A stretch of DNA of 64,000 nucleotides, taken from positions 8,122,001 to 8,186,000 of the forward strand of contig CM068757.1 in NCBI GenBank assembly GCA_035084275.1, in the 5' to 3' direction. The position numbers and the translations under genes were made by a program. A model generated the notes under the pieces. That model had not been told where the DNA came from. It made no database searches and was given only the letters and a program-made list of their open reading frames with translations. This DNA is from Hydrolagus colliei (taxonomy: Eukaryota). Positions 36,340-50,660 of the stretch are shown here, piece after piece. Within the stretch, counting starts at the first letter, position 1. Each line of letters starts with the position of its first letter.

Positions 36340-36690
36340 TCTCATCTGTTTGTGGGACACTGTTGTGCGCAATTTGGCTGCCACGTTTTGCCCACAAATA
36401 TGCAGTCGATTTTCCTGCTTTCCTTCCCCCGACCCCTCCCCTTACCCTCTTTCCCCCTTTCTCCCCTAACCCCACTTCCATGGCTGTTTGTGGGATATTG
36501 CTGTGCGCAATTTGGCTGCTGTGTTTCACCCACAAATATACAGTCAATTACTTTCTTTCATCCTGCCCCAACCCCTCCCCCCGGTCTTGTCCCTACTTGA
36601 CTGCAACAGCGCCTTGGGATGTTCTCTCAATGTGAAAGGCGCTATATAAATGTAAGTATTGATTGATTGATTGATTGATGGATTGATCGA
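36340..36690 (+). mobile_element. Duplicated SINE body + L2 tail + (GATT)n microsatellite
   Basis: 'tgtttgtggga...gtgcgcaatttggctgc...cccacaaatat' occurs twice, followed by an L2 tail and (TTGA)n. Confidence 0.7.
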
Positions 36691-37974
36691 TCTTGCCAGA
36701 TACAGAATGGCTATTAAAGTCTTCACATTGTTTCACATGGTAACAATTCAACCTATGATTGTAAGAAGATTTCAAGCGAACTAGTCCAAAAAGGCATGTC
36801 TGCAATATAGCGAAGCAATATGCATCCTGTTGCACTAAACTAAAATAAATGGATCGGATGTCAATGATTCAATTGCAAATCAGCAATCGTAATAAGCAGT
36901 TTCTACCCAAGGTTTGAATGCTCACATCATTGCTTTCAGTTGACAGTTCCGTAAACTATCCAATGAATGCAAACATGGATTGGACATTTCAATACTATAG
37001 TTAATCTGGAGATCTGACAGATGCCAGAACTGTATAATTGAAGTTTATTTTCTATTATTATCTGGGAAATAGAATAACCCACACCAGGCATGGGAACGCT
37101 ATGTGCCATCTATCTGAGTGAAGGAATGTGATGATTGCATTTTGTGCATCAGATATCTTTGAGCAAAGGTGGAAATAAGATCCAAGACCAGTAAGGGAAG
37201 ATTGATGCAAATAAAGTGCGTTCAGTGTAATAATATGCCCAATCTATTTGGTCAGTCTTTGATTTAACACCTTGAACATTCAAATATGCATCTGTGTGGC
37301 TTTTGTGGCTATTATTAGCTTGTGACTTAACTCTGCCAAGCTTCTCTGCAATGTTAAACTAATGCAGTCTTGAAACACACTGTACTTCAGGCCATGCGTT
37401 CCTGCAAACCAGAAGTAATTATTGGCTGTCGGTCAGTTTCATGTTTTTAACAGTAGCAATAAACGAATGACATCTACATGTTCTGTAAGTTTGATAATTA
37501 AATATGCTGTACTGAATTCTTTTTGGGGGTAAGTATCCTAAAGCATCAACTCCAAGGTTAAATATTAATTTGGAACACTGTTTGAAACATTTCCAATAAT
37601 GATTTTCTGAATTTTCCAACAGTATTCAATTAGTCTCTTACCTCAGGAAAGGTTATCATTAATGTTATATTCCATGGTGACTTGTATAGTGCAATACAGT
37701 ACAACTAAAAGTAGGTCATACCATGACAAGGAACTCACTTTTATTACCAAGTGTAACCAGCATGCACGTTCTAATGCTATACTGTATAAAGCCTTTACAG
37801 TAAACTATATAATGATGAAAGTACAATATGTAGATTATATTAGCACATATTATGGAGTTTATGTTGTTTTGTACTCCCAAAAATCAAACTGGTATTATAA
37901 TAACACTAGTTCAGTGATGTCTCACACCCACAGAATCTCTCTTACCATTTTATGACTTTTCAAATCACAAGATC

Positions 37975-38330
37975 AGTCAAGATAAAGAAGGTCTTTCAGC
38001 CCATCTGATCTCATTCCACCAGAACACCTACCCTTTCAACCCCTCCATCATTGCATGATTTATTAAATTAGTGCAGTGTTCTGGTCTTTACCACCTTTCC
38101 TGACAACCTGTTCCAGCCATCGATTACCCTCTGCGTAAAGAAAGGCTTCCGAGTATCCATTGTGAAATTGCCCTTTGCACTTCTAAACCCGTGTCCCCTT
38201 GTTTTACTGACTTGATGCATCATAAAGTATTGAAATTGGTTTACTTTTTCCCTAATCTCTTTTAAAATGTTATAAACTTCGATGAGGTATCCTTCCGAGT
38301 TGTCTTCCCTCAAGACAGAAGAGCCCAGAG
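37975..38330 (-). mobile_element. CR1 LINE 3' fragment
   Basis: 'LIEVYNILK...KTRGHGF...RKPFFTQRVIDGWNRL' is a typical CR1 ORF2 C-terminus. Confidence 0.85.
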
Positions 38331-38937
38331 GTTGTTTAATGATTGCTCAAATGTATTACATCACCTGCTTCTAAGTGGTGAGAATAGTTTAAACTACTTT
38401 TATAATTAACATGTAGACTAAGTTATATATACACACACCAAATGTGTGGTAAGTATCTAAGAGCAACGTTCAGATGCATTTTGTTGTGTGTATTGAATAT
38501 TGGACTAATACTAACCGTTTCATGCAGTAGACCAGTGGGCCATCCAGGGGCCCATTCATCTCCAAAGATTCAACTTCAACCACATCTGTTTCACTGTTCA
38601 ATACACCTGAATCTTTGTCATTTCCAGGAACTTGGAAATTTAATTCCTTTTGACAAAACCCTTTGTAGCTCTTTAGGGTAAAGAGGAGAGAATATAAATT
38701 ATCAAGAGAGAGAACTCTTCCACCACCACCCAGTACCCCCCAAAATAATAAAGGCACATGTTGAGTGGTTCTCATTAACAGTGTCAAAGGTTCTGCTGAA
38801 CCATGATAATAATAGTAATTATTAATATCATACTGACGAGAGAAAGGTTTCTCTTTATCCTAATGAAGAATTAAATTTTTTCCTTTGATACAGGCTGAGT
38901 TTATATTATAATGTACCGTATACATTTTGTCTTCCAG

Positions 38938-39016
38938 ATATCGGCCAAAGGTTCAAGTACTCAAGTGAAGAGGAAATGTGCGACTACAAGGCCTGGGAAC
39001 AAGAAGCAGAAAATTA
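38938..39016 (+). CDS. RIC3: RIC3 exon 3
   Basis: cttccag| ISAKGSSTQVKRKCATTRPGNKKQKI A|gtatgt; 79 nt, phases 0/1. Confidence 0.88.
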
Positions 39017-39503
39017 GTATGTATCAGGTTACTTTCCATCTTCCCTACAGGGAGAGCCACATTAAATATTTCTATTTTCATTTCTCATGTCTGTTAGACT
39101 ATTTTTTTTTTTGCATCCCACTTAAATTCAGTGCAGCCAACTTCTGCCCAAGCCAAATGGTGGTGGACTGTTAACTGCTGAGATAAACAATGCATTAGAG
39201 CCCAGGAGCGCATTTCTTATTACAGTACTTCCGATCCTAGATCTGTACGAGTTAAAACAAACAGAATAGGGATGGGGGGAGGGAAGAGTCAAATTGTAAT
39301 ATTCCTAAACATATTTCATCCTTTGCTAGAATGAGTTTAAGAATACCGCAGTTTTACTCCGAAGAATCCCATTCGCTGTGTATCTGGGGGTTTCAGTCTT
39401 TTAAGTAAGTGGTGCCTTAGCATTACAAGCAGAGGCAAAGCTCTAAGTGTAACATTTAACCAGATCTGCTGGATGTGACATCTCCGTACAATGTGTTTTG
39501 CAG

Positions 39504-39597
39504 CCGATTACGAGCTGGCTCAACTTCAAGAAAGGCTGAAAGAAACTGAAATGGCCGTGGAGAAAATCGTATCCAAAATGGGAAGCGGGTCAGACGA
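39504..39597 (+). CDS. RIC3: RIC3 exon 4 (coiled coil)
   Basis: ttttgcag| (T)DYELAQLQERLKETEMAVEKIVSKMGSGSD(E) |gtaaga; 94 nt. Conserved RIC3 coiled coil, not in the ORF track. Confidence 0.93.
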
Positions 39598-40574
39598 GTA
39601 AGAATCCATCATTCTGCTTAAAATGGTCATTTACTGGCATAGCAAATCATTTTTAAAATATGGTGTTCTTCTGCCCTGTGTGTGCTCCTTGTAGCATGCT
39701 TACCGCTGTGGGATTTAAGTGCTAATCTGCTCTGTTTGCTAAATGTGGGGAATTTGTCGCCACATGCTTATAACTCATCGATTTTTACATTATTAAACAT
39801 GTAAAATTAAGTAGTAGTCTTAAAACAAATGCACTAGAATGATTTACAGCACATGCGCACACAGGGACAAATTCATAAAATTTACCAACTGGTGCTGAAT
39901 AGCCCACATCAAAACATGTGCTCTGCGGAGCAGAGTAATCTAAGATCCTAGTGCTGTAGTTATTCTGCAGCTCGTTCATCAGTAAAAACGTTGGCGCTAT
40001 TGCTAAAAGACAGTAATTGCTATGGGATTAAAAGGCATCCTGAAGTATGTATCAGGGTTCACTCCCTTAACACTTGACTGCGAAGCCATGACTTAAAATG
40101 ATTTGTACCTTGCTATGGAAACTAAGAGAGGTGGATGGATAAGATTTCTGAATCTATATAATAATTCTTGCATTTGATATAACACCTTATCACCTTATCA
40201 CGTCATTGAGACATCTCAAAATATTGGGACATCTCAAAATACTTCAGAGTATGCTGTAAAGTGAGTTGACTGTATTTTGCGTGCGAAAATGATTTGAGTC
40301 TCACTTTGAAAACTACAAGAGGTTGTAACAAGAGGATAATATTTCTAAATGGGTTTGAAGAATGTTTATTACCGGTACTCATACATGCAGGTAGAAACAC
40401 CTGATCAAAACAGGAGGTTTACTTTCTTATTGGAACTCCTGGTTTGCAAATATTGGATATTCCTGTTGGTCATTTCAGAATCCCAAGCCAAAAAAGGCTG
40501 AAAACTTGCTGACTGGGGTTTTGCTTAGTCAACATTTTGTGGGAGTTAGACATCAAATTAGTTGCTTCAATCCA

Positions 40575-40720
40575 CGACTATGGGACACTGGCTTTGCAAT
40601 TGGCTGCGTTTCTCCCACAAATATAGTCAATTCACGTTACAGTATATTCTGTTAAGCGCTTTGAGACATCAAGGAGATGTGAAAAGCGCCATATCAAATG
40701 CAAGGATTATTATTATTATC
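40575..40720 (+). mobile_element. SINE 3' part
   Basis: Family body and tail ending 'atcaaatgcaaggattattattatt'. Similar pieces at 40160-40290(-), 41500-41610(+), 41763-41860(-), 42830-42895(-) and 43005-43110(+). Confidence 0.75.
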
Positions 40721-43700
40721 CTGAGATGGTTGTACTTGAAATTTACAATCCACATTAACGCAAGAATATTAATTCGTGCACGGGATGGTCAAGTTTCAAG
40801 GCTCCGTATGTCTTCTGATTGAAACTGTACTAAAACATTGTCAGATAGTGTTCAGCGTGCGGTATCATTAGAACTTAAATGGAGCATGTGTGATGGGGGG
40901 CATGATCATTATCTTATCAAGCAAAGAACTAATCTACAGGGTGACCAAAACATTGTGATACAGTTACAGTGTCTAATACATCTGAAATAAATTATGATCT
41001 TTTTAGATAACAGGGTAGTTATCACGGCTTTTTTGGTCATCACCCTGTACAATTGTGATCGAATTTGGCATTCGCTTTGTGAGTGAAGATATGAATTATG
41101 CATTGTATAATATTTATTATATCCCTTTGCTTGCCAGGAGGTGAAGCAATAATAGTACTGGCACATTTAAACTCGGGGCAGGAAGTAATTTATGAATTAC
41201 CTGGAATATGTGAAACTTGCTAAAAAAAAAGCCATAAAATAAAACCTGAAAATGCGAGTCCTATTAACAGTGCCCTCCGGTGGTGCATAATGGTTTGGGG
41301 ATACAGAGGATTTGAACCAATTCTCTGTCTACAGTACTGCATGTAAGGTCCTCTAGTGGTCTCCTATTGCATTACTTTATCAGAGGATTGCAGTTAAGGC
41401 ACCATTAAATCAGATATCGAAGTCCTAACACAATAGCCGCAAGGAAGGTCGCTGATTAACAGTGATTTTTTTTCTTTTAAAAAATATTTTCCGCACTTTA
41501 GTTTCATCCACAAAATATAAAGTCAATTCGCTTTACAGTATATTCTGTGAAGCGCTTTGAGACGCCTAAAAGACATGAAAAGCTCTATGTTAAATGCAAG
41601 GATTATTATTATATTAAAGTCAGGAGAATGATTGAGGTCATACCTGAAGCTAGGGGTTTATCCAGAGAACATTCTGCCCCAGCAATACACTGGCAAGATA
41701 CAACCAAGGTCCATATTGGTCATGGAGAATTGTAGATGGTGGGAGAAATAAGACATTTTAGTTATAATAATCCTTCCATTCTATATAGCACCTTATCACA
41801 TCGTTGAGATGCCTCAAAGCGCTTCGCAGGAAATTTTGTAAAGTAGCAAGAGTGCAGGTATTTTGTGGGGGCTTGAGTGATATTCTTAGCTTTAGAATTA
41901 GAGCTCCAATTGGCACAATCTCTAGTATTCAAGGCTGTCACCTCAGTTAATGGGTTCATTTAGATAGAGGATATTGTAAACTGACCCAAGTGGAAGTGAA
42001 ATCATTGCAAATTTGCCAAGTGCCAATCATGTACTAGGAGATACATCTTTGAAGTCAGCCGTAGCACCCAACACAAAAAAAAGCTGTATGAAAAAGGTCC
42101 TTTTAATTTCATCCTTACAGAATGCCATCTCTCAACCATCATGCAGTTTCTTGAACCTACTCAGTGCCCTAGCTTCATCTACCCTTCCAGTGCTTCATAT
42201 AATCCTTTCTGATGACTATTCTAAACCCATCATTCACAAACTTGAACATGTACATTTTTTGTCCTGGTTATATGCCTCTATAAAGGTCTTCTATTCTTCA
42301 TCCATCCTCTTTGACCGTGCCTTCAGGTGCCATCCTACCTCTCTGCCCTTCCTCATTCCAACCCTGCCCTTCGCTCATTCTCGGGTCCTGACCCCTGAAT
42401 GTTCAGTGCCTTGGGATGTCCTATCGACGTGAAAGAGGCTCTACAAATGTGATTTTCTTGTTGTTGTTCTATTGAGATGTCCCTGAAACTGATGCCCTGG
42501 GTTATCTGGTGAGTCCTCATAAAATTGGGGGGTGGTGGGGGGGCAATTAGTTTGATTGTCACGCTCTATTCTGCTTCTAGGGCATTGACAGAGCTTACTC
42601 GTGCAGGTCTTTCTTCAGCCCTGATCAAAATTGGAAAATTGACACCTTAACTGATTTGGCATTGTTGTCCAGCATTGTGTTTGCTTTGTTCTATTCTTGC
42701 GATATACTGTTCAGACATAGTGATCTACAAATCAACCCAAATTCCTAGATCTCACTCAACTTTCGGCCCCCACTTAACAAGTTCTGTCCCACACAGAGAA
42801 AAAGTGCTCTATTTTTCCTTCTAATACAATAATAATATTCCTTGTGTTTATAAAGCACCTTATCACATCTTCGATAGGTCTCAAAGCGCTTCAGCATCAA
42901 TCTCATTTGAACCTAAGCAGAGCCATGATCTGAACCTGGTCAGGTTACTAACACTAGCACGACAGCGCACAATTAGCTTGTTACATATCACCCATATATA
43001 TACTGTATATAGTCAATTCACTTTACAGTATACTCTGTGAAGCGCTTTGAGACGCCTAGGTTATGTGAAAAGCGCTATATCAAATGCAAGCATTATTATT
43101 ATTATTATCATCACCACTAACAAATCTGTACTACTGGCTCCAGAGCTACACAGCATTGTTAGTATCAGAGGTGCAGACAGACATTGTGCATGAGGAGAGC
43201 CACCTTTATACACGTTATGGTAGGATTTTACCCTATTAATGGTTTTCTCTCATTTGGTCTTCTGTAAAAGTCCTACCAATTTTAATGTCAATGCACAATA
43301 ATTAGCACAGATTGCTCTGTAGGGTTTTTAGTGTGAACAGCTGGCATCAACCATTCCCCTCATCCCTCTACCTTATGGCCTTGGGCAAGTTCCTTGTTTT
43401 GCTTGCTCTCCGTGTGACTCTGACAAAGAAAGCATTTTTGCTTCTGATATTTTCAGAACAACATTTGTTTCCCCACAGACCGACCTTTCATTTATTCCTG
43501 AAAAAGGTACAAGCATTGAGCAGTGAGTACAAGCACTCACTGCCTGGTGCCACAATACTGATCTGGATCCGTGTACAATAACTTGCCTTGTTCAACCAGC
43601 AGATAGAATGTCCATCTCGTTTACAGTCTTAGTACCTCGTGGGGCATTTCTGTACGTTCTTAAAATAAAAATGATAAAATAGTGATATACTGGCTATTGA

Positions 43701-44169
43701 AGCAAACTGAAAGAGCACCGGCCCATTGGATTTATTCTTGAATTCTTCACAGGTATCATTCTCACTTCCTTTTCACAGTGAATACATTTTTAAAATGATA
43801 TACAGTACAATAAAAATGATTAGTAATAATATACACCCCATGCGCTCACACACACACACACACACACAAACGCACAAAAGAATTGAATTCTACCATGTTA
43901 ATATAACTTGTATTTATATAGCATCACATTGGGTAGAGTCTCAGCTGGCACAGCAGCTGCCTGCCTCATAATGCAGTAAACCTCCGGGTAGTTGAAATGA
44001 AGATATCATGAGTGAATGACACGAAGAACATGAAAGGCGCTGCAATAAGCTGCACCTATAGACTAATATTTGTTCAAAATAACAATCACAATATGTCCAT
44101 CTCATAGTAAGTGCTGCTGACTGTTGCTGGTTGATGGAATTCCGCCTTGTTTGGGGGTTTGTCTTGCAG

Positions 44170-44315
44170 GATGACTAATGTTACCACAGAGCAGGAACAG
44201 AAGCTTCTACAACAGCTAAAGGAAATCACAAGGGTCATGAAAGAAGGGAAGCTGATCGACGGCTTTTGTCCTGAAACGGAGGCAGAGGAAGACCCGTATA
44301 TGGAGGACTGGGAAG
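44170..44315 (+). CDS. RIC3: RIC3 exon 5
   Basis: tcttgcag| MTNVTTEQEQKLLQQLKEITRVMKEGKLIDGFCPETEAEEDPYMEDWE G|gtaaag; phases 2/1. Confidence 0.93.
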
Positions 44316-45015
44316 GTAAAGATAAATTTAAAGTATTGATAGTATACAAAGGTTATTTTTATTAACTTTTTTGAGTGTGGGGGAGAGAAAAGAAAGCTGA
44401 TTTTAATTGCATCGGTATTATAACTAACACAGTAAATAATACTAAACGCCATTGGCAATTTTGCCTGGAGTGCTGTTGGAACAATGTTAAGTAACAACTT
44501 CAAGCAAAATACAATGGGAACAGCAATCTCCAACTTGCCCAATTTCCTGCACCTAGTTGATGTAATGTCAATACCTCACCACCAGATGTCATTATCTGAC
44601 CCAGTTTGTAATTACGGTCAGTGAATTGTTTATTGTCAGCAAATCTGAATATCTTTTTGGGCTAGCAATGTCCCACAAACAGCCTTGAGATGAATGACCA
44701 ATTAAGCTGGATTGCTAGTCAACACACCGAAGAAATTCCCTGCTCTCCTTAAATAACGTCATGGACATCTTTTATGTCTATCTGCACAGGCAGATAAGGA
44801 AGTCTTCCCCAGTACCTACACTGGAATATCAGCCCAGATATTTCCCTCAATAGACCCGCAACTTCCCAGTTCACTTCCGGTACTACATCCATCTCTATTG
44901 CATGGTCAAGGGTTCAAAAGTAGTTTTGCTGATCTGATGCAAATAGTCTGTCGAGCAGATTTTTTGTCCTAAAAAAACCGCAAACTAGTTATACCTTTCC
45001 CTTCCTTTTTCTAAG

Positions 45016-45479
45016 AATATCCTGAGGAAATGGACCACACTTATGGCATGTCCAAATGCAGATGCCAGCAGAATTCCTCAGAGCCTGACCAGTACTCTGC
45101 AGAGAATTTGGAAGAGCAAGTGGAAGCAGAAACTACTGAAGGCTTTTCCAATGAAACAGTGACAAAGCAAACTAAAGAGAGGGAAGATCAAGCGATGGGG
45201 CAGAAGGAAGGAGATGCACTGAGGCTCGGAGAGCAGAGAGATGTGATTCAGTGTGATGAGAACAATTGTCTAGTTGAAGAATCCCAAAATGGAGACTATC
45301 AAGACTTCAACCAAGTCAGTGAGGATGTGGATCAAATGGAGAACACTGGTCTCAGTCTCGGGGACTGCAGCGATAAAGCCCAGGAAGCATCCAGTGCGGA
45401 TCTCTTTTGTGGCAAGCAGCAAAATATTGTGAAAGGTACAGATAGGCTCCGAAAACGCAACAAGAAGGTGATGGAGTAA
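45016..45479 (+). CDS. RIC3: RIC3 exon 6 (acidic C-terminus, stop TAA)
   Basis: Pyrimidine tract + ctaag| (E)YPEEMDHTYG...DRLRKRNKKVME*, with the conserved C-terminal LRKRN. Total CDS 1101 nt = 366 aa + stop. Confidence 0.9.
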
Positions 45480-47683
45480 CTGAACAGAAGGTCCACCACT
45501 AGACAGTATCCTTTTAAGTAATAATCCTTGCATTTGCTTGCAAGACGAGTGCTCTAACCAATACACTAAGGGACAATATTTCACTTCATTTACTTTTAAC
45601 AATACATCCCACTCCATATGTACCTTTTGTTCTTGGAGCTGCCGACCCTCCCATTAGTTCCCCTTCAAAGTTTGGAATAATTCCAATTGAAAGGAACACA
45701 ATGTACATAATTATATGCAAATATTTATCCAAACAGTTTAAAAACTAACAGGTTCTATTTACAAACGTATGTACAATTTCCCCTATGTTGAGAAGACATT
45801 ATTGTGATGAATCACACAGTTATTAAAGTGGTTCAGGCCATGTCACAAAGCTAAACCAGAAATAAGCAATTTGTCATTTTTACAAATTAATACAATTAAT
45901 CATGAAGCTGGGTGGGTTCACCTACCCTTAAGAGCCCAGAGTTTTATCCTACACATTTACAGGTACAGTAATAACCCCTAGCAGTAATTAAGTGGTTTCT
46001 GGATGAATGCTGACAGTATTCATGGATACTCACGGATACACATTGTATAAATGGTCTGTGTTTGCTCAGTTAATGCATGCTACCTGCAGCTAATAAGTGA
46101 ATGCAGACAGGTGGTGAGTCCAAGATTTTAATGTTCATTGGCTGGGAAGTGAGTTATCCACAGTATCTTAGCAAGTCGTGGTACACAGAAGATATAATAG
46201 CAACGAGTAGAGTGGCAGAAGTGTCCTGAATAATGAGTTGACCACATTGGCTAGTTACCACTCAAATTGAAGCGATTGAAAGAATGACTAGGAAGTCTCT
46301 CAGTGGTTTCATTTTCAAAAATGACAGCAAGAGCTAACCTTTTTCTAGGGCAGACTGCCCCACATACGTTCTTTGCCGATAATACATATGAGACTGCAGA
46401 TTCCTTCACTTTTTACCAGCAGAGATCCATCATTGTAATCATGAACTTCAGCTGCATGTAGGCCATGGTCATCTTTCCACAGCGTGGCAGCCACAGCATG
46501 AATCATTCCACCAGCGTCTTACCTGCTTCAATTTGTATCAAGGCAAACCCAGCTAGTTTCCATAGCAAAATAGGTTTGGACAGAGGGGAACAGAAGAGGT
46601 TTTTTCACTACTTTTGCTCTGTCAGGATCTGTTTAGCCATCTATTGCATGGCATCGTTGGGAAGCCTGATTGTCAAGAAGATGTCACAAGCTGCTCATCT
46701 AAGTAAAACTTGGGCATACAGTGCGATGTTTGTCAAGGATATTATTCATGCCTCCTATAAACGGCTAACTAGCATATGCTTCTGTTTAGGCAGTATTGTA
46801 GAGCAAGCTCAATGCAGCTCATTTTGTTTTTCACCCAAGGTCTCAGAAACTCAGTAACAACTGGCTACAGTTCATTATGCAGCTACTGATGTCTGTATGC
46901 AGATCTGAACTATACAGTGAACATAGACATGATATAAGAAAAGGCTATTTTTGCCTGCTTGTTCCTTCCACCACTATCCAAAACACCCCTTAACACAGAC
47001 ATGACAGATGCATTTGCTTCAATGGTAAATCAAATTTTTTAAAAAAGAAAATGTATCCATTTCTACATCTCCATTATTTACCTGTAACTTTCCTTGCTCT
47101 ACAATCCCAATGCTATCCCTGTACACCACCATACCTACCCTCACTTCCCATTCCCTTTCATGCATGAAATGAAAGCAATTCAAACTGGTGCAACAGTATC
47201 TTGCATTATCATAGGAGAAGGCATCATAATTTTGCATTGTAAACACCAATGTCTTTTGAGGAGTCTTCAGTGACTAGTGTCAGGTCACGGCAGAGCTATT
47301 TCCCTTCAGCTCCCAATCCTCCCATATGGTAACAGCAGGAGGTGGTTAATAAGAGCTAAGTTAAGCGCAGGCCATTGTTGGATCTTCTGAGAGTGCTCCT
47401 TTTAACTGGACGTCACTTTCCAACTAAAGCACCATCACTGAATTCCCACTGGAGACTTCTCTTCACCTTGATCATGGCGTTCTGGCTTTGTGCTTCACCC
47501 CTTGAAATACAAATTAGAGAAAAAATAATCCCACCATCCCCTTTTGAGGGGACACCATGTTACGAGCTCAGCTTGACTGCCTTTTGCTGCACATTACACA
47601 GCACCCAATCCAATGGAAGTCACTGGTCTGTTTGTTAGTCACCATCTCTGACTGTTATTTAATCCTATGTGTATTTATTTTTG

Positions 47684-47689
47684 AATAAA
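47684..47689 (+). terminator. Candidate RIC3 poly(A) signal
   Basis: AATAAA with U-rich upstream and 'tgtttgctttttg' downstream. A second AATAAA lies near 47834. Confidence 0.4.
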
Positions 47690-50039
47690 GAATGGCAAAG
47701 AATGTTTGCTTTTTGCATTCTTTCATCTACGAAGTGCATTCCTTTTGGGCCCATTTCACTCTATTGCCTCACATTGCACTGAGAAGCTAAATATTTGAAC
47801 TCAATAGCTTTCTCTTAAGGTACAGGCTTATCCAATAAATTATTTTCTTTTGGGAAGTTACCATGCAAAGACGAGTGCTTAAACCGGGTCTGGCATCCTC
47901 GAATCATTGAAAAGTGCTATACAAATGTAATTTTCTATTGTATTGGACATTTTAGATCATCACATGAAGTCCCCAAGGTATAAAGGGATCAAACTTAATT
48001 TTTAAAGGGCTAGTACAGACACGATGTGTCAAACAGCTTCCTTCTGTGCTGTAATATTCTGTTTCTAACATTCCAAATTCAAACCCCATTGCTTATTCTC
48101 TCTCGGAAGTCTTAAACACTGTTTATTGTTCTGGCACTTGATTTAAAAAGCATCTTTGCAATCCTTCATTGCATTGATATAAAGATTGCCAGAGATAATA
48201 AACATTGCCTCATGGAGAAATCATGTCCCTTGATTTTCTATTACATTTGCAAAACTCAGCGTTTTCAGATCTAGTTGCACATTTCATTATCTGTAGCAAC
48301 TAAATGCCCATGTTGTGGGTGATGAAGTTCAGCAAAGCGCACTGACAAGAGTTTCCAATTATAAGGCGACAATGAACACAAACTCGTTAATCTGCCCATA
48401 AAATGCTCCATTGCAAACACATAATATGATTTCAGCACTGAAAACAAGCAAGAGTCAATCTTTCCAAGCTCTACCTAGGGTATTCAGAGGACAATTAATC
48501 CATCCAATCATTTATTTCCAAACCATTCAATCAGAACAGATTTGTTTCATATGTCTTTCCAAATATGAGAGATTAGCTTTCCACATGTCATTAGAATGTA
48601 CAACTTGCTCTTCATTTAAAACAGGAACGTTTTTGCAGTCAAATTATTGAAAGGTTCCCAATACATTTAATTTACGGGTTAAGCATTTGTTAAGGCGGGT
48701 AGACCAAATGCTTTCACTTTTAAGTGATTTGACTGGATTTAAGGTGAATGATATCAACATATCATTATCTTAGGTAGCGTTCAGAATCTCACCTTTCAAA
48801 ATGCAATTTGAGGCCATAACTCATTAGTATTTCCCACCCTTACTGATATTCATCCTTCATATGGCAGTATACAATACTCCATCCATCCTGTGCAAACTCA
48901 ACGCGAGTACAAATATCTCCTTGTGCAGAACAATCAGATACACGAGTGTGTGCTTTGGGAAATTTTGCTATTGATCCCAAAAGTAGGAAACCTATCCTCT
49001 CAGGGCAAAACAGTGTCAACCCAACCAACAAAGGCTGATGAGGTGAAATTATGCTCAGTACCTTTCACTGATTGGCCTCAGCTCAACCTTCTGCTGGAGA
49101 AAAACCTGTACATCGGTAAACACTTGCTAGTCATCAGTAGCCATCGATCAGTGATGCAAATATTCAGACTGGAGGCAAATTCAGTTGTTCCTAAAGTAAA
49201 GCAATACATTACTGACTTACCAGCTCTCATGTGTTGCTTTCACTTTGTGCAAAAGGTTATGCCCCTCACAACTCTTTGTTACTTGAATAACTGTCAATTC
49301 TACATAGGTTGTGCAGTAATTAGGTTAGTCTGTCAGGGTAGACTGTTTTAATGGATTCAGAATGACTCCTGAATTCCCAGCATCACACAATGTGCAAATG
49401 AATTCTGCCTTGGCTTCCATGCTATCTGGTTCAGCCTTTCAGTGGGAAGGTTAATTGCAACGAGAAGAGGACACCTGGTCCACATCTAATCACAGTGAAA
49501 ACAGCCACCAGGGAAAAAGCACATACTCAAGTTGTAAGTAAATCCTGGAACAGGAGCCTCTTAGTTTGGAGCAATTTAATTGTTAGTTGCAGTGTGCTCG
49601 TGAATGCATTTCCCTTTGCTCTTGGGGCAACCGCCTTGGGAAAACACCCTGTAACTTCAAATATGTGGTCGATCATTCTTCATTCAATCTGATGAGATAT
49701 TTTTAGATTAATTTAAGATTTGAACAAAGCCATTCGGGGGTTTATTCCTCCCCCTCCTCGTGCTACAGAGGAGAGTTATGCCTAGCTGTAGGATGTCTCA
49801 ATCGAGCCAGCCCTCTATGGTAGTCTCCAGTTGGGTTCCTGAACCAGGCAGGTCCGCAGTATTCTGGGGCACTGCTGATTATAGCACAGACAGCCTGACT
49901 CATCAGCAGGACCTGGAAGGACAGACCAGGACCTGGAAGGACAGACCAGTCATTGGAGGCAGGGAGTCATCCCACTTTGCTCTTGTTACCCCTGTAAGCT
50001 AAAGCCCGAATTGGTAAGGTGGTCTTAGCTGGACAACAA

Positions 50040-50660
50040 CAACCACAAAATTACATTTGTATAGCGCCTTTCACATCAGGAGGATGGACTGTCAGTGTTT
50101 CAGACCTGAGCTGGGTTCGGGATCAGGGAGGGTGGAGGGAAGGGCGGCGTGACTGATGGCACAGTTGAAGAGGAGGATCTTGAGGCAGGACTTGAAGGAG
50201 TCTAGGGAGGGGATGAGGTGGAGGGATTGTGGGATGGAATTCCAAAGGTTAGGGATAGAGTGGCTGAAGGTTCGCCCACCGATGGTGGGGCAGAGGATTT
50301 TGAACAGGTCAGAGCCTGCTGAGGGAGCATACAGTTTAAAAGGGGGTTTGTAGGTCGCTGAGGTGGGTGGCTTTAACAGTGAGGACCAGGATCTTGAATC
50401 CTCTGAGTGATAGGAAGCCAGTGGAGTTGGACGAGTAGGGTGGAGATAGAGTCACGGAGCTTGGTGCGGGAGAAGACACAGGCTGCAGAGTTCTGGATGA
50501 TGTGCAGTCTATGGAGGGAGGAACTGGAGGTGCTGACAAACAGAGCATTAGCATAGTCAAACCTAGACGTGATGAAGGCATGCACGTGAGATAGTGGTGG
50601 AGTCGGGCAAAGTTGGAATGTGAGGGAAGGCACAGGAGGTCATGGCATGGATGTGTGGAA
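50040..50660 (-). mobile_element. L2 LINE 3' fragment (about 600 bp) with intact tail
   Basis: 'HAFITSRFDYANALF...LHIIQNSAA...LHWLPITQRI' L2 motifs, then tail 'gtgaaaggcgctatacaaatg'. Confidence 0.9.

Noticed and set aside
49907-49947. 20-bp direct duplication CAGGACCTGGAAGGACAGAC
   Set aside because: A simple local slippage duplication with no further structure.
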